Below the pieces are notes generated by a model. It was not told where the DNA came from, made no database searches, and was given only the letters and a program-made list of their open reading frames with translations. A stretch of 64,000 bases of DNA from Trueperaceae bacterium (GTDB taxonomy: Bacteria > Deinococcota > Deinococci > Deinococcales > Trueperaceae), in the NCBI GenBank assembly GCA_965213705.1, contig OZ243913.1:2784001-2848000 (forward strand), read 5' to 3'. Below are positions 31,858-46,460 of the stretch, piece by piece. How positions within the stretch are numbered: the first letter of the stretch is position 1; each line of letters opens with the position of its first letter. The position numbers were made by a program, and so were the translations under genes.

Positions 31858-32775
31858 CTACAGCTCGATTCTCTGCAAGCGCCGCTGCCAGCCGAACAAG
31901 TACAGCAGCACGCCCGCCAGGATAATCAGAAACATCACCCCGGCGACCGTCGCGCCCATCGTCGGGTTGCCCGGCGCGAGCTGAAACCCGAAAAAGGTGC
32001 GAAAGAAAAACGTCCCTAAAATATCGGTTGCAAAGTTCGGCCCGGCCAGCGCGCCCTGCGACGAGTAGATGAGGTCGAAAGCGTTGAAGTTGCCCACAAA
32101 GGTCAGCACCGCGACGATGCCCACCGTCGGCAGGATGAGCGGGAACTTGATGCGCCAGAACACGTCCCAGGCGGTTGCGCCGTCTATGCGGGCGGCCTCT
32201 AGGAGCGTGTCAGGGATGGCGACAAGAGCGGCCAAAAAGAGCAGCATCGGAATCCCCACGTACTGCCACACCGACACCAGCCCGAGGGTAAAGAGGGCGG
32301 TGGACTCGAGACCCAGCCACGGTTTGTTCAAACTTGCCAATCCGACAAAGCCGAGCACGTCCTTGGAAATCCCCCAAATCGGGCTCAGGATGAGCCGCCA
32401 AATAAAACCGACCAGCACGATGGACAGCACCGTCGGCATGAACAGCAGCGTGCGGTAAACGCTGCTGCCGCGCACCCCGCTACTCAGGAGCGCCGCCAAC
32501 AGCAGTCCGATAGGATTTTGAAACGCCATGTGAATCGCAAAAAAGACGAAGTTGTTTCGAATCGCACTCCACAACCGCGGCGCGAGGTTCGCGTCGGTCA
32601 TCAGCCGAGCGTAATTCTGCAACCCGACGAACACGTTCTCCCCCGCCCCGCCAGGCGCGAACAAGCTGAGCCGCAGCGAGTCGGCGAGCGGGTAAATCAT
32701 AAAGACCACGTAGACGATAAAGGCGGGAGCCAAGAAAACCAAAATGTGGGTGGGGAAGCGTTTGCCTGGGGTCAT
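31858..32775 (-). CDS. Carbohydrate ABC transporter permease
   Basis: FVGLQNY, WQYVGIPM, LEAARIDGAT, FNAFDLIY. Confidence 0.93.
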   Translation of the reverse strand: MTPGKRFPTHILVFLAPAFIVYVVFMIYPLADSLRLSLFAPGGAGENVFVGLQNYARLMTDANLAPRLWSAIRNNFVFFAIHMAFQNPIGLLLAALLSSGVRGSSVYRTLLFMPTVLSIVLVGFIWRLILSPIWGISKDVLGFVGLASLNKPWLGLESTALFTLGLVSVWQYVGIPMLLFLAALVAIPDTLLEAARIDGATAWDVFWRIKFPLILPTVGIVAVLTFVGNFNAFDLIYSSQGALAGPNFATDILGTFFFRTFFGFQLAPGNPTMGATVAGVMFLIILAGVLLYLFGWQRRLQRIEL

Positions 32776-32847
32776 GGAGTCTGCTTTCAGGTTGAGCGGT
32801 TAAACGAGGGCAGGGACGGCTTGTACCGTCCCTGCAAACTCGTCTTT

Positions 32848-34099
32848 TTAGCGGTCTTGCTGCGGTTCGTACCAACTCGCTAAGCCTTGCTGGACTCGGT
32901 CGGCGGCTTCTTGCGGCGTTTGCGTGCCGTTCAAAATTTGCGCCGAGGCGTTCCAGAGGTCGTTTTCGTTGTTGGGCTCGCCACGCGAGAGAATTTGATA
33001 CGACGATCGGATGGTGGACTCGCACTCGCCGCGCCAACTGACAAACTCTTGCGCCAATGGGTCTTGCAGCGTGACCTCGTTGTCCGACAGCGAGAAAAAG
33101 CCGGGCAGCGCGTTCGAGTAGAGTTCGGCGAACTCGGGCGTGGTCAGCCACTCCAAAAACACCATTGCCGCTTCTTGGTTGGGGCTGTCAGCGTTCACAC
33201 CCATCGCGATGTCGGTGTGGTCGCTGATGTAGCAGGTGTCCTGACCAGCCGGGGGCGGCGGCTTGAACGCGCCCATCTCAAACGTCGCCTGGTCGTTGAA
33301 GCCGGAGATTTCCCAGGAGCCGGCGGGATAAATCGCACCCTGGCCGAGCGTGAACAGGTTTTGCGCGTCGGGGTAAGACACGGCCTGGTAACCGTCTTCC
33401 AAGTAGGGTTGCCACGCGACCAACGCCTCGAACGCCTGCAAAAAGCCGTCCTCGTTGTAGCCGACCGTCCCGTCGAGGAGTTCTTGCCGACCCTCTTCGC
33501 CCTGCCAATAGTTGGGGCCGATGTTTTGGTAACCCACCGTGGCGGCTTCCCACTGGTCAGCGGTGCCCATCACCAGCGGCGCGTAGTTGCCGTCTTCTTT
33601 GATAGTTTCCAACAGCGCCATAAACTCTTCGTAGGTTTGGGGCTCGCTCAGGCCGAGTTCGTCGAAGACGTCCTTGTTGTAGATGAAGCCGTGAATGACC
33701 GAGGCCATCGGTACGCAGAACACGTCCGAGTCATCGTCGGTTATCCAGGCGCTCTTGGCGACGTCCGAAAAGTTGTTGAGTCCGGGCAAGTCGTTCAGCG
33801 AAGCTAAGTGGCCCTCTTGAAACAGCGCGAGCGAGTTGTCGAAGGGGCGACAGGTAATGAGGTCGCCCGCGGTGCCTGCCTCGAGCTTCGACGCCAGCAC
33901 CGCGTTGTACTCGGCCGGGGCGCTCGGCGCAAAGGTAACTTGGATGTCAGGGTACTTTTCGTTGAAAGCCGGGATGATGGTGTCGCGCCAGATTGTCAGG
34001 TCGTCGTTACGCCAACTTTCAATCGTGAGTGAGCCCGACTGCGCGGCGGCGAACCCCAACAATGACGAGGGCGACGAGGGCGGCGGCGTACTTCTTCAT
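32848..34099 (-). CDS. Carbohydrate ABC substrate-binding protein; signal-peptide codons are out of frame (possible pseudogene or sequencing error)
   Basis: GGAGG+ATG at 34099 (MKKYAAALVAL) is one nt out of frame with the 404-aa ORF (LTIESWRNDD..AGDLITCRPF..). Confidence 0.85.
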
Positions 34100-34373
34100 G
34101 AGTTTACCTCCGTTGAAAAGGACTTTTGGACCGGTTACATGAAACGGGTTCGGCAACCTCCCTGATGTTGTTTGACGGCATTATAAACCGAACGGCTCGA
34201 GACCCAGCGCGGGCGGGGCTCGAGCCAGCACAGAGGAAGACTCGAGATGATGTATCGGCTTGAGGACAAAAAGTCGAGAAGGCCACAAAGAACCTGAGTT
34301 GGCAATCTCTGAAAGCCTAGCTTCTTTAGGTCGTGGCGCAACTGCACACGGTTGATGTGCTAGATTACGTAAC

Positions 34374-34613
34374 GTGGAAAACCCATTGAGAAAACACATT
34401 ACACTGCCTAGAACGGCTTATGACTTTCTTCGGGCTTATCAACGCCGTGAAGGTTTGGCAACCTTCAGCGCTACGGTCGAGGCGGCTGTTGAAGCGCTCA
34501 AAAAGCAAAGCCTCATCGCTGGCTACGAGCAGTTTGCCGCAGATTATGCGGCCTCTCGAGACATGCAAAAAGAAGCCGACACCTGGCTCGAGTTGCCAAT
34601 GGAAGAAAAGTGA
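34374..34613 (+). CDS. Putative ribbon-helix-helix antitoxin
   Basis: RKHITLP beta strand plus helices, acidic C-terminus, GTGA overlap with the MazF gene. Confidence 0.75.
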   Translation: MENPLRKHITLPRTAYDFLRAYQRREGLATFSATVEAAVEALKKQSLIAGYEQFAADYAASRDMQKEADTWLELPMEEK

Positions 34614-34942
34614 GGCGTGGCGACATTTACCGCGTGAATTGGGAACCCAGTATCGAGGGGGAACCCGCTTTCACCAGACCCGCTGTTGTCTTGACGAACA
34701 ACGAGGCCAACTATCACTTACCACATCTTGTGGTGGCCCCCATCACCAGCAATGTGATGCGACTTTATCCCTTCGACGTTTTGCTGCCGATAACTTGTTG
34801 TGGGCTCAAAGAAAACAGCAAAGTACAGCTCAACTACGTGCGCGGGCTCAACCGGACACGTTTGACCCGTTATTTGGGGGCTTTGTCCGAAACGCTTCTG
34901 CTCGAGCTTGACGAGAAACTAAGGGTTCACCTGGGTTTGTAA
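34610..34942 (+). CDS. PemK/MazF-family endoribonuclease toxin
   Basis: MRRGDIYRVNWEPSIEGE..TRPAVVL..VAPITS. Confidence 0.92.
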   Translation: MRRGDIYRVNWEPSIEGEPAFTRPAVVLTNNEANYHLPHLVVAPITSNVMRLYPFDVLLPITCCGLKENSKVQLNYVRGLNRTRLTRYLGALSETLLLELDEKLRVHLGL

Positions 34943-35022
34943 GAGTGTCGGGGAACCGGCCTCGCGCCCCCAAAGAAAAAGCCGAGAGAAGTCTCGGCTC
35001 CCGAACATCTTGAAAAGTACAA

Positions 35023-35643
35023 TTAGGCGGTCTGCAACATACCTTCTTTGAGGGCAGTAGCAATCTGCACAACCCGCTCGGCTTGGAACTTGGCGGCCTT
35101 GAGGGCGGTTTCGTCCGGGTCGAGTTCGCCGTTTTGACTGGTAAAGCTCGTGCCGTAGGGGTTGCCCGCCTCGAACTGGATGGGGTCCAGGTAGCCCGGC
35201 GCGACGATGATGGAACCCCAGTGGTAAAAGGTGTTGTTGAGCGCGACCAGCGTCGTTTCCTGACCACCATGCGAGGTCGCGGCGGTGGTGAACGAGGAGA
35301 CGATTTTGTTGCCGAGCTTGCCCGCGCCCCAGAGCGGCCCGGTGGTGTCGATAAACTGCTTGAGTTGCGCCGCGGGTAGTCCGTAGCGGGTCGGTGAGCC
35401 TAAAATAATCGCGTCGGCCCACTCCAGGTCGTCCAGACTCGCCTCGGGTACGTCCTGGGTCTCGAGCCGGTGCTGCGACCAGCCCTCGTTGGACTTGATA
35501 GCCTCTTCCGGCGCGAGTTCGCGCACCTTGCGAAACCGCACCTCGGCTCCTTTGTCCTGCGCGGCTTTCTCGATGGCTTTTGCCAACTGATAGGTCGTGC
35601 CGGTGGCGCTGTAGTAGATGACTGCAACTTTCGTGTTTGCCAT
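35023..35643 (-). CDS. wrbA: NAD(P)H:quinone oxidoreductase WrbA
   Basis: YYSATGTT, GSPTRYG, QLKQFID, HGGQETT, GNPYG. Confidence 0.92.
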   Translation of the reverse strand: MANTKVAVIYYSATGTTYQLAKAIEKAAQDKGAEVRFRKVRELAPEEAIKSNEGWSQHRLETQDVPEASLDDLEWADAIILGSPTRYGLPAAQLKQFIDTTGPLWGAGKLGNKIVSSFTTAATSHGGQETTLVALNNTFYHWGSIIVAPGYLDPIQFEAGNPYGTSFTSQNGELDPDETALKAAKFQAERVVQIATALKEGMLQTA

Positions 35644-35872
35644 AACATCCTGCCTTTCCAGGCAATTCTTTCAGGCTGCGCCCCGGCGCACGGCAAGCTG
35701 CGATACATAGTTTGTAGTGCTAGGCTTCTTGTACCGAAAAAGATGAAAGGTGCGCGTCGGTTTCCTAACGGAAGAGTTACGGGAGCGTGCTAAACTGGCG
35801 TGTTGTGAACCGGGAGGCGAGGCTTAGATTGCTCCGCCTCCCTAGCGTGCGTTAAAACGAGAAAGGTTCTCT

Positions 35873-38662
<2,790 letters not shown>

Positions 38663-38695
38663 GGAACTGCTTGTTTTAAAATTCGGTTTTAGTGA

Positions 38696-38737
38696 AGCGG
38701 GCCTGGGACAAAATTATCCAGGCCCGCTGGATTTTTT
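38696..38737. terminator. Terminator between convergent secA and ligA
   Basis: AGCGGGCCTGG..CCAGGCCCGCT then T run. Confidence 0.75.
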
Positions 38738-38886
38738 ACGAGAGAAGTTCGAGGCAAGGGAGCCGTTTGGCTTCCCTACTTGCTCAAAGTACGCCCTTTC
38801 CGTTTACAGAGGTTATATAACCTGACTGTTAAGTGATATTGTTCACAATAAGTCTATTCGTGAATTCTATGTTCCCATTTGTTCTT

Positions 38887-41072
<2,186 letters not shown>

Positions 41073-41244
41073 CGGAAAATCTAACCAAAAAGGTTTTGAC
41101 ATTCCTACTCCCCACCTCCCTTGCCCAACCCTTTTTCACCGTTTCTTCAGGCTCACCGCGCCAAGTTCTCTTAATCCCGGACGGCGTGGTACACTTTTTC
41201 CCAGGCAACTTTACTTGCCACACGCACAACCCCAAGGAGGAAAA

Positions 41245-42360
41245 ATGCGGAAATTCGCCCTGCTACTTTGCGCCCTCACCTTCGGTTTGACCTTCGCCCA
41301 AGACTACGTTATGGGCATCAACTTCGACGCGGGCGGCAAGTTCGACAAGTCGTTCAACGAAGGCACCTGGAACGGTTTCAACGAGGCCGTCACCGAACTT
41401 AAAAACAACTACGACGTCGAGACCATCGAATTCGAAGGAACACCCGAAACGTTTGCTCAGGGCTTGCGGCAAATGGCCTCGGCGGGCGCGGACCTCATCG
41501 TCGCGCCGGGTTTCTCGCAGTCGGACGCGGTCCACAACCTCTCGAGCGAGTTTCCCGACACCTTCTTTGTCAACTTGGACGGCGGCGTGGACAGCCCCAA
41601 CGCCAACGAACTCTACATCGGCTTCGCCGAGCACGAGGGCAGCTACCTCGTCGGTTACTTAGCGGGCACCTTGTCGCAGACCGGCGTGGTCGGTTTTGTC
41701 GGCGGCATGGACATTCCCCTCATCCACAAGTTCAACCTCGGCTACGAGGAAGGCGTGATGGCGGCCTGCCCCGACTGCACGGTCATCAGCAACTACGTGG
41801 GCGTGACCCCAGCCGCCTGGAACGACCCGGCCAAAGCCAAAGAACTCGCCACCACCCAGCAAGCCCAGGGCGCGGACATCATCTACGCCGCGGCGGGCGC
41901 GTCGGGCAACGGCGTCATCGACTTTGTGAACGAGACGATGTGCTACACCAGCGACAACCTGCGGGAGACGCCCCTCACCGCGGCCGTGGCCGACGTCGAG
42001 AAGAGCGCGGCTTATGAAAGCGCCTGTGGCGAGGACGCGCAACCGCTGTTTTTCATCGGCGTCGACTCGAACCAGAACTACCTCGGCGACACCGACGGCG
42101 ACCCCGCTACTCTCAACCACGGCCTGACCAGCATGGTCAAGCGGGTCGACGTGGCGGCCTACGACGAAATCATGAACGTCGTCGACGGCAACTTTGAGGG
42201 CGGTTACAAGACGCTCGACCTGTCGAACGACGGGGTTGCTTACTCGCTCGACGAGTACAACGAAGCCCTGCTGCCCCAGGACGTCTTGGACGGGGTCGAA
42301 GGGGTCAAGGAGCAAATCGTTTCGGGCGAGCTGAGCGTGACGGACTACACCGCGCAGTAA
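41245..42360 (+). CDS. BMP-family ABC substrate-binding protein (nucleoside-type)
   Basis: AAGGAGG RBS, signal peptide, GGKFDKSFNE, EHEGSYLVG, ADIIYAAAGASG, IGVDSNQ, TSMVKRVD. Confidence 0.92.
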   Translation: MRKFALLLCALTFGLTFAQDYVMGINFDAGGKFDKSFNEGTWNGFNEAVTELKNNYDVETIEFEGTPETFAQGLRQMASAGADLIVAPGFSQSDAVHNLSSEFPDTFFVNLDGGVDSPNANELYIGFAEHEGSYLVGYLAGTLSQTGVVGFVGGMDIPLIHKFNLGYEEGVMAACPDCTVISNYVGVTPAAWNDPAKAKELATTQQAQGADIIYAAAGASGNGVIDFVNETMCYTSDNLRETPLTAAVADVEKSAAYESACGEDAQPLFFIGVDSNQNYLGDTDGDPATLNHGLTSMVKRVDVAAYDEIMNVVDGNFEGGYKTLDLSNDGVAYSLDEYNEALLPQDVLDGVEGVKEQIVSGELSVTDYTAQ

Positions 42361-42380
42361 CTTCGGACACGAGTGTCTCG

Positions 42381-42408
42381 AGCGGGCCTTTGACAAGGCC
42401 CGCTTTTT
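42381..42408 (+). terminator. Rho-independent terminator
   Basis: AGCGGGCCTT-TGAC-AAGGCCCGCT-TTTTT. Confidence 0.85.
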
Positions 42409-42458
42409 TGGTGTCTATACGTTTTGGCTGAGACCTGCCGACCTGCTATACTCTTTAG

Positions 42459-42903
42459 TTGCAGTGAGGCGCGGCCAATCGGGGCGTTACAGGTATCATT
42501 CAGTAAACTTATAGATAATACCTATAATTTATAGATGATACTTGTAAGCTCAGGAAAGTCCGGGCTCCGCAGGGCAGGGTGCCAGCTAACGGCTGGGCGC
42601 GTAAGGCGACGGCAAGTGCAACAGAGAGTAGACCGCTAAAGGTATCATCTTTAGTTCTAAAGATGATACCTTTAGCAAGGCTGAAACGGTGGTGTAAGAG
42701 ACCACCAGCGCTTTTGGCAACAAGGGCGGCTAGGTAAACCCCACCCGGTGCAAGGTCCGAACGAGAGAGGGTCGGCCCGGCCCATTTGCATCTCAAAGAC
42801 GACCGCTCGAGGCGGCTGGCGACAGCCGTCCCAGATAGATGATTGGAAGTCTCAGTAATGATACCACTGAGACCACAGAACCCGGCTTACAGCCCTCCTG
42901 CAC
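42459..42903 (+). ncRNA. rnpB: RNase P RNA (bacterial type A)
   Basis: AGGAAAGTCCGGGCTCC, AGTGCAACAGAGAGTAGACCGC, GGTAAACCCCACCCGGTGCAAGG, AGATAGATGATT, ACAGAACCCGGCTTA; 5'/3' ends pair; TATACT -10 at 42447. Confidence 0.97.
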
Positions 42904-42933
42904 GGGCGTAGCGTAAAAGCTACGCCCGCTTTT
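42904..42933 (+). terminator. rnpB terminator
   Basis: GGGCGTAGC-GTAAAA-GCTACGCCC-GCTTTTT. Confidence 0.85.
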
Positions 42934-43060
42934 TGTGCTAAAGTCAGCGTCAGTAACGCCGTCCATTTCAACTTTTAACTCACGTGCCGTAACCCCAGCT
43001 TGCCCTCCAGCCTCAGAGTGGTGGGAGAGAAAACCGAAAAAGCGCCAATTTTGAAAACCT

Positions 43061-43095
43061 AGTGGGGGCTTGTGGGAAACCGTGGTAAAGTGTGT
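43061..43095 (+). promoter_or_regulatory. Putative MraZ-binding direct repeats
   Basis: GTGGG/GTGGG/GTGGT/GTGT at 10-nt spacing (43062, 43072, 43082, 43092) upstream of mraZ. Confidence 0.7.
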
Positions 43096-43191
43096 TACAC
43101 TCACTTTAGTGCGGGGACGGCGTGTGTCACGTATAGACGAAGCTCTAAGCTGTAACCGCGCAAATCGGTGGGAGTGGGAGCTGGGTGGGAG

Positions 43192-43629
43192 ATGCCCTTC
43201 GGCGAATTCCAATATTCGGTTGACGACAAAGGTCGCGTCATCATCCCTCCCTCTTTCCGGGACTTTGTGGACGACGGCATGGTCGTCACCAGGGGCATGG
43301 AAGGCTGCTTGTACGTGTTTCCGGTCGCCGCCTGGCGCAACATCGAAGAAAGGCTCTCCAAGTTGCCGCTGACCGACGCAAGCGCGCGCAGCTTTGTGCG
43401 CTTTTTTTACTCGGGCGCGTCCAAGGCGATGTTCGATTCGGCGTCGCGCGTGACCCTGCCCCAACCGCTCCGCACCTTTGCCGGCATCGACGACAACGAC
43501 AACAGCGTGGTGATTGCGGGCGCGCCCAACCGTTTGGAAATCTGGAACGAAGCGAGATGGCTCAGCAACCTCATGGAGGTTCAAAACCAACCTCCCGCGA
43601 GCGAACTTTTGAGAGAACTCGTCGGATGA
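43192..43629 (+). CDS. mraZ: Division/cell wall cluster transcriptional regulator MraZ
   Basis: MPFGEFQYSVDDKGRVIIP, RFFYSGA, RLEIW. Confidence 0.96.
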   Translation: MPFGEFQYSVDDKGRVIIPPSFRDFVDDGMVVTRGMEGCLYVFPVAAWRNIEERLSKLPLTDASARSFVRFFYSGASKAMFDSASRVTLPQPLRTFAGIDDNDNSVVIAGAPNRLEIWNEARWLSNLMEVQNQPPASELLRELVG

Positions 43630-44528
43630 CCGGCTCACCTCACCTGCCCGTCATGGTAGACGAGTGTTTGGAGGGTTTGTCCCTCCGAGAAAATCACTGG
43701 TACATAGACGCGACCTTCGGGGCGGGCGGACACACGCGAGCGCTTTTGGAACGCGGCGTGTGCGTACTCGCTATAGACCAAGACCCCCACACCACGGTTT
43801 ACCTGGACACCTTGCGAAAGGAGTTGCCACAAGCCATGAACAAGTTGCGCAACCACCAAGGAAACTTTCGCTTTTTAGACGAATTCGCTGCCGAAGCGGG
43901 CGTCGCGCCCGTCGCCGGGGTGCTCTTCGACCTGGGCGTGTCCTCGATGCAACTTGACGAGGGCGAGCGCGGCTTCGCGTTTCGCCAGGACGGCCCCCTC
44001 GACATGCGGATGAGCGAGACGGGCGAATCCGCAGCGGACGTTGTCAACACCCGGTCTCAAGAAGACCTGGCCGCGCTGCTTTACAAGTACGGCGAGGAGC
44101 GCCACAGCCGCCGCCTGGCGCGGGCCGTCGTCGAGGCTCGGGACACACGACCCATCACCACGACGCAAGACCTAGTGACCATCCTCCAAGATGCCTACCC
44201 CGGCGGCTACCGGCGCGAGCACCCCGCGCGGCGCACTTTTCAGGCGCTGCGAATTTACGTCAACGACGAACTCGGCGCGTTGGAAGACGCCCTCGCCGCC
44301 GCCGAACGCGCGCTTGTCACGGGCGGCCGGCTGGTCGTGCTGAGTTACCACTCACTCGAAGACCGCATCGTCAAGCACTTTATCAGGGGCTCGAGCACCT
44401 TGACCGCCCTTACCAAACGGCCCCTCACCGCCACCGAAACCGAGACTGAGCGCAACCCCCGCGCGCGCAGCGCCAAGCTGCGCGTCGCCGAGAAGGTTCT
44501 CGACCAGGTCGTGAAGGTGTCCGCGTGA
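43626..44528 (+). CDS. rsmH: 16S rRNA m4C1402 methyltransferase
   Basis: HLPVM, DATFGAGGHT, DLGVSSMQLD, PLDMRM, FQALRIYVN, SYHSLEDR, NPRARSAKLR. Confidence 0.97.
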   Translation: MTGSPHLPVMVDECLEGLSLRENHWYIDATFGAGGHTRALLERGVCVLAIDQDPHTTVYLDTLRKELPQAMNKLRNHQGNFRFLDEFAAEAGVAPVAGVLFDLGVSSMQLDEGERGFAFRQDGPLDMRMSETGESAADVVNTRSQEDLAALLYKYGEERHSRRLARAVVEARDTRPITTTQDLVTILQDAYPGGYRREHPARRTFQALRIYVNDELGALEDALAAAERALVTGGRLVVLSYHSLEDRIVKHFIRGSSTLTALTKRPLTATETETERNPRARSAKLRVAEKVLDQVVKVSA

Positions 44529-44538
44529 AGGTACCCGC

Positions 44539-44859
44539 GTGACCCCGTTTACGACGCGCGTCGTCACGCTCTACCTGGCGCTGTTGTTGGGGTTGACGGC
44601 GTTGGGCGCGTTCAACCAGGACTTGTATCAACAGCAGCGCGCGCTGCTCAAGACCAAGGCGGCGCTGCAGCTCGAGCTGACCGACGCCCGCAGCAGCGCG
44701 GCGCGGGTCAACGGCCACTTGGCCGTGCGGCGGTGGGCTTACGCGCGCGGCATGATACCCGCGACGAGCGCCCCACGCACCGAACAAGTCGCGCCGACCC
44801 CCGCGCCCAAAACCTCACAGACCCAAACCGGTTTGGAGATGCGTACCCTATGGCGCTGA
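44539..44859 (+). CDS. FtsL-like cell division protein
   Basis: Short TM plus coiled-coil at the ftsL position between rsmH and the PBP gene. Confidence 0.65.
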   Translation: MTPFTTRVVTLYLALLLGLTALGAFNQDLYQQQRALLKTKAALQLELTDARSSAARVNGHLAVRRWAYARGMIPATSAPRTEQVAPTPAPKTSQTQTGLEMRTLWR

Positions 44860-46430
44860 AAGCCCCGAGCAGGTTTTTTGCCAAACCCGTAGAGCCGAAG
44901 ACGACGGCGACCAAGCCGTCTGGACCCAAATCCTCCTACGGGTCGGGGCGTAAACCTGCCGTTCCCTACACGAGCGAATCCGACCGGAGGCCTCGCAAAC
45001 CGTCACGTTTGACCATTGCACCACCTGAGACCCCGCGCAACGCAACCCCACCGAACACCGCGTCTGCCGGCGTGTTGCGGTTGAAACGCCGCTACTTGCT
45101 GCTGGTTATACTGTTGGCCCCGCTGCTGCTCGCATTTTACGGTTTTGCCAAGCTGCAAAACGCGCAGCCGCTGTGGCCCGCGAGTCTCCAAGAAGCGCCG
45201 TTGCGGGGCCGCATCGTGGCGCGCGACGGCACCATTTTTGCCGAGGGCGGCGTCGAGCACCGCGAGTACCCGCAGGGCACCCTGGCGGCGCACGTCGTGG
45301 GGTTCAGCGGCGCGCTGCAAGACGACGGCCGCTACGGCCTGGAGGGTTTGGAGCTGAGTCAAGACGCGACCCTCGAGCGCGGCGACGACGTGATTCTCAC
45401 CCTCGACCCCAACTTGCAGGCGGTCGCCCAAGCCAAACTGCAAGAAACGATTGCCGCTTTCGAGGCTGAAAACGGCGCGGTGGTGATGTTGGAAGCGGGC
45501 AGCGGCCGCATCCTGGCCGCCGCAAGCTATCCCGACTTCGACCCGAACAGCCAAGGCGGGGTGGAGGACCGCGACCGCATCATCAACAAGGCGTTCGTGC
45601 GCCTGTTCGAGCCCGGCTCGGTGATGAAGCCGTTCGTCGTCGCTTCGCTGCTCGAGACGGGACGCTTGCGTTTGGACGAACCCGTCGACGCGCCCATGAC
45701 GCTGCGCATCGGCGACAAAACCTTTAGAGACGTCGTTCAACACGACCCGCAGCTCACGCCCTGGGACGTCCTGAGGTTCTCGAGCAACGCCGGGATGCTC
45801 AACCTTACCAAGCGGTTTAAGGACTTTGAACTGCACGACTGGTTGGGGCGTTTCGGCTTCGGGCAAGACCTCGACTTGGGTCCGACGTTTACGCGTACCG
45901 GCCAACTTCGTGACACGCCCTGGGTGCCGCAGGACCAGGCCTCCATTACCATCGGGCAGAGCGTGTCGACGACCGCGCTGCAACTCGCGGCGGCCTACAG
46001 CATCTTCGCCAACGACGGGCTTTACGTTCCTCCTTACTTAGTCGAAGGCGGACTGGCCGAGCCCACGCACCAGGTCGTCTCGCCCGAAGTCGCCATGACG
46101 ATGCGCACGCTTCTCCAGTACACCGCTGAAAACAGCGGCATCCACCGCTCGGCTATTCCCGGCGTGACGATGGCCGGCAAAACGGGCACCGCCGACATCT
46201 TCGACTTAGACACGGGCACCTATATCAAGGACGACTACACCCTCACCTTTGCCGGAATGATGCCCGCCGACCAGCCGCAGTTCGTTATGGTCGCGACCGT
46301 CCAAAAACCGCGGGCGGACGGAGCCAGCAGCACCTCGGTCGCCGTTCCCCTTTTTTCAGCCATCGCCAGCGAGGCGGTCGCACTGTGGCAGACGCCCGGC
46401 GCGGGGACGAGCTACGCCACCACCCCCTGA
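44850..46430 (+). CDS. ftsI: Class B penicillin-binding protein (FtsI-like)
   Basis: RGRIVARDG, EPGSVMKP (SxxK), SSN, GKTGTA; dcw position. Confidence 0.88.
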   Translation: MALKAPSRFFAKPVEPKTTATKPSGPKSSYGSGRKPAVPYTSESDRRPRKPSRLTIAPPETPRNATPPNTASAGVLRLKRRYLLLVILLAPLLLAFYGFAKLQNAQPLWPASLQEAPLRGRIVARDGTIFAEGGVEHREYPQGTLAAHVVGFSGALQDDGRYGLEGLELSQDATLERGDDVILTLDPNLQAVAQAKLQETIAAFEAENGAVVMLEAGSGRILAAASYPDFDPNSQGGVEDRDRIINKAFVRLFEPGSVMKPFVVASLLETGRLRLDEPVDAPMTLRIGDKTFRDVVQHDPQLTPWDVLRFSSNAGMLNLTKRFKDFELHDWLGRFGFGQDLDLGPTFTRTGQLRDTPWVPQDQASITIGQSVSTTALQLAAAYSIFANDGLYVPPYLVEGGLAEPTHQVVSPEVAMTMRTLLQYTAENSGIHRSAIPGVTMAGKTGTADIFDLDTGTYIKDDYTLTFAGMMPADQPQFVMVATVQKPRADGASSTSVAVPLFSAIASEAVALWQTPGAGTSYATTP

Positions 46431-46460
46431 CGGGTAGACTGTGGGTTTAGAGAGGACACC

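Noticed and set aside
42509..43638. Minus-strand ORFs 42509-42796 and 42793-43638
   Set aside because: They are antisense to rnpB and mraZ, with no protein motifs
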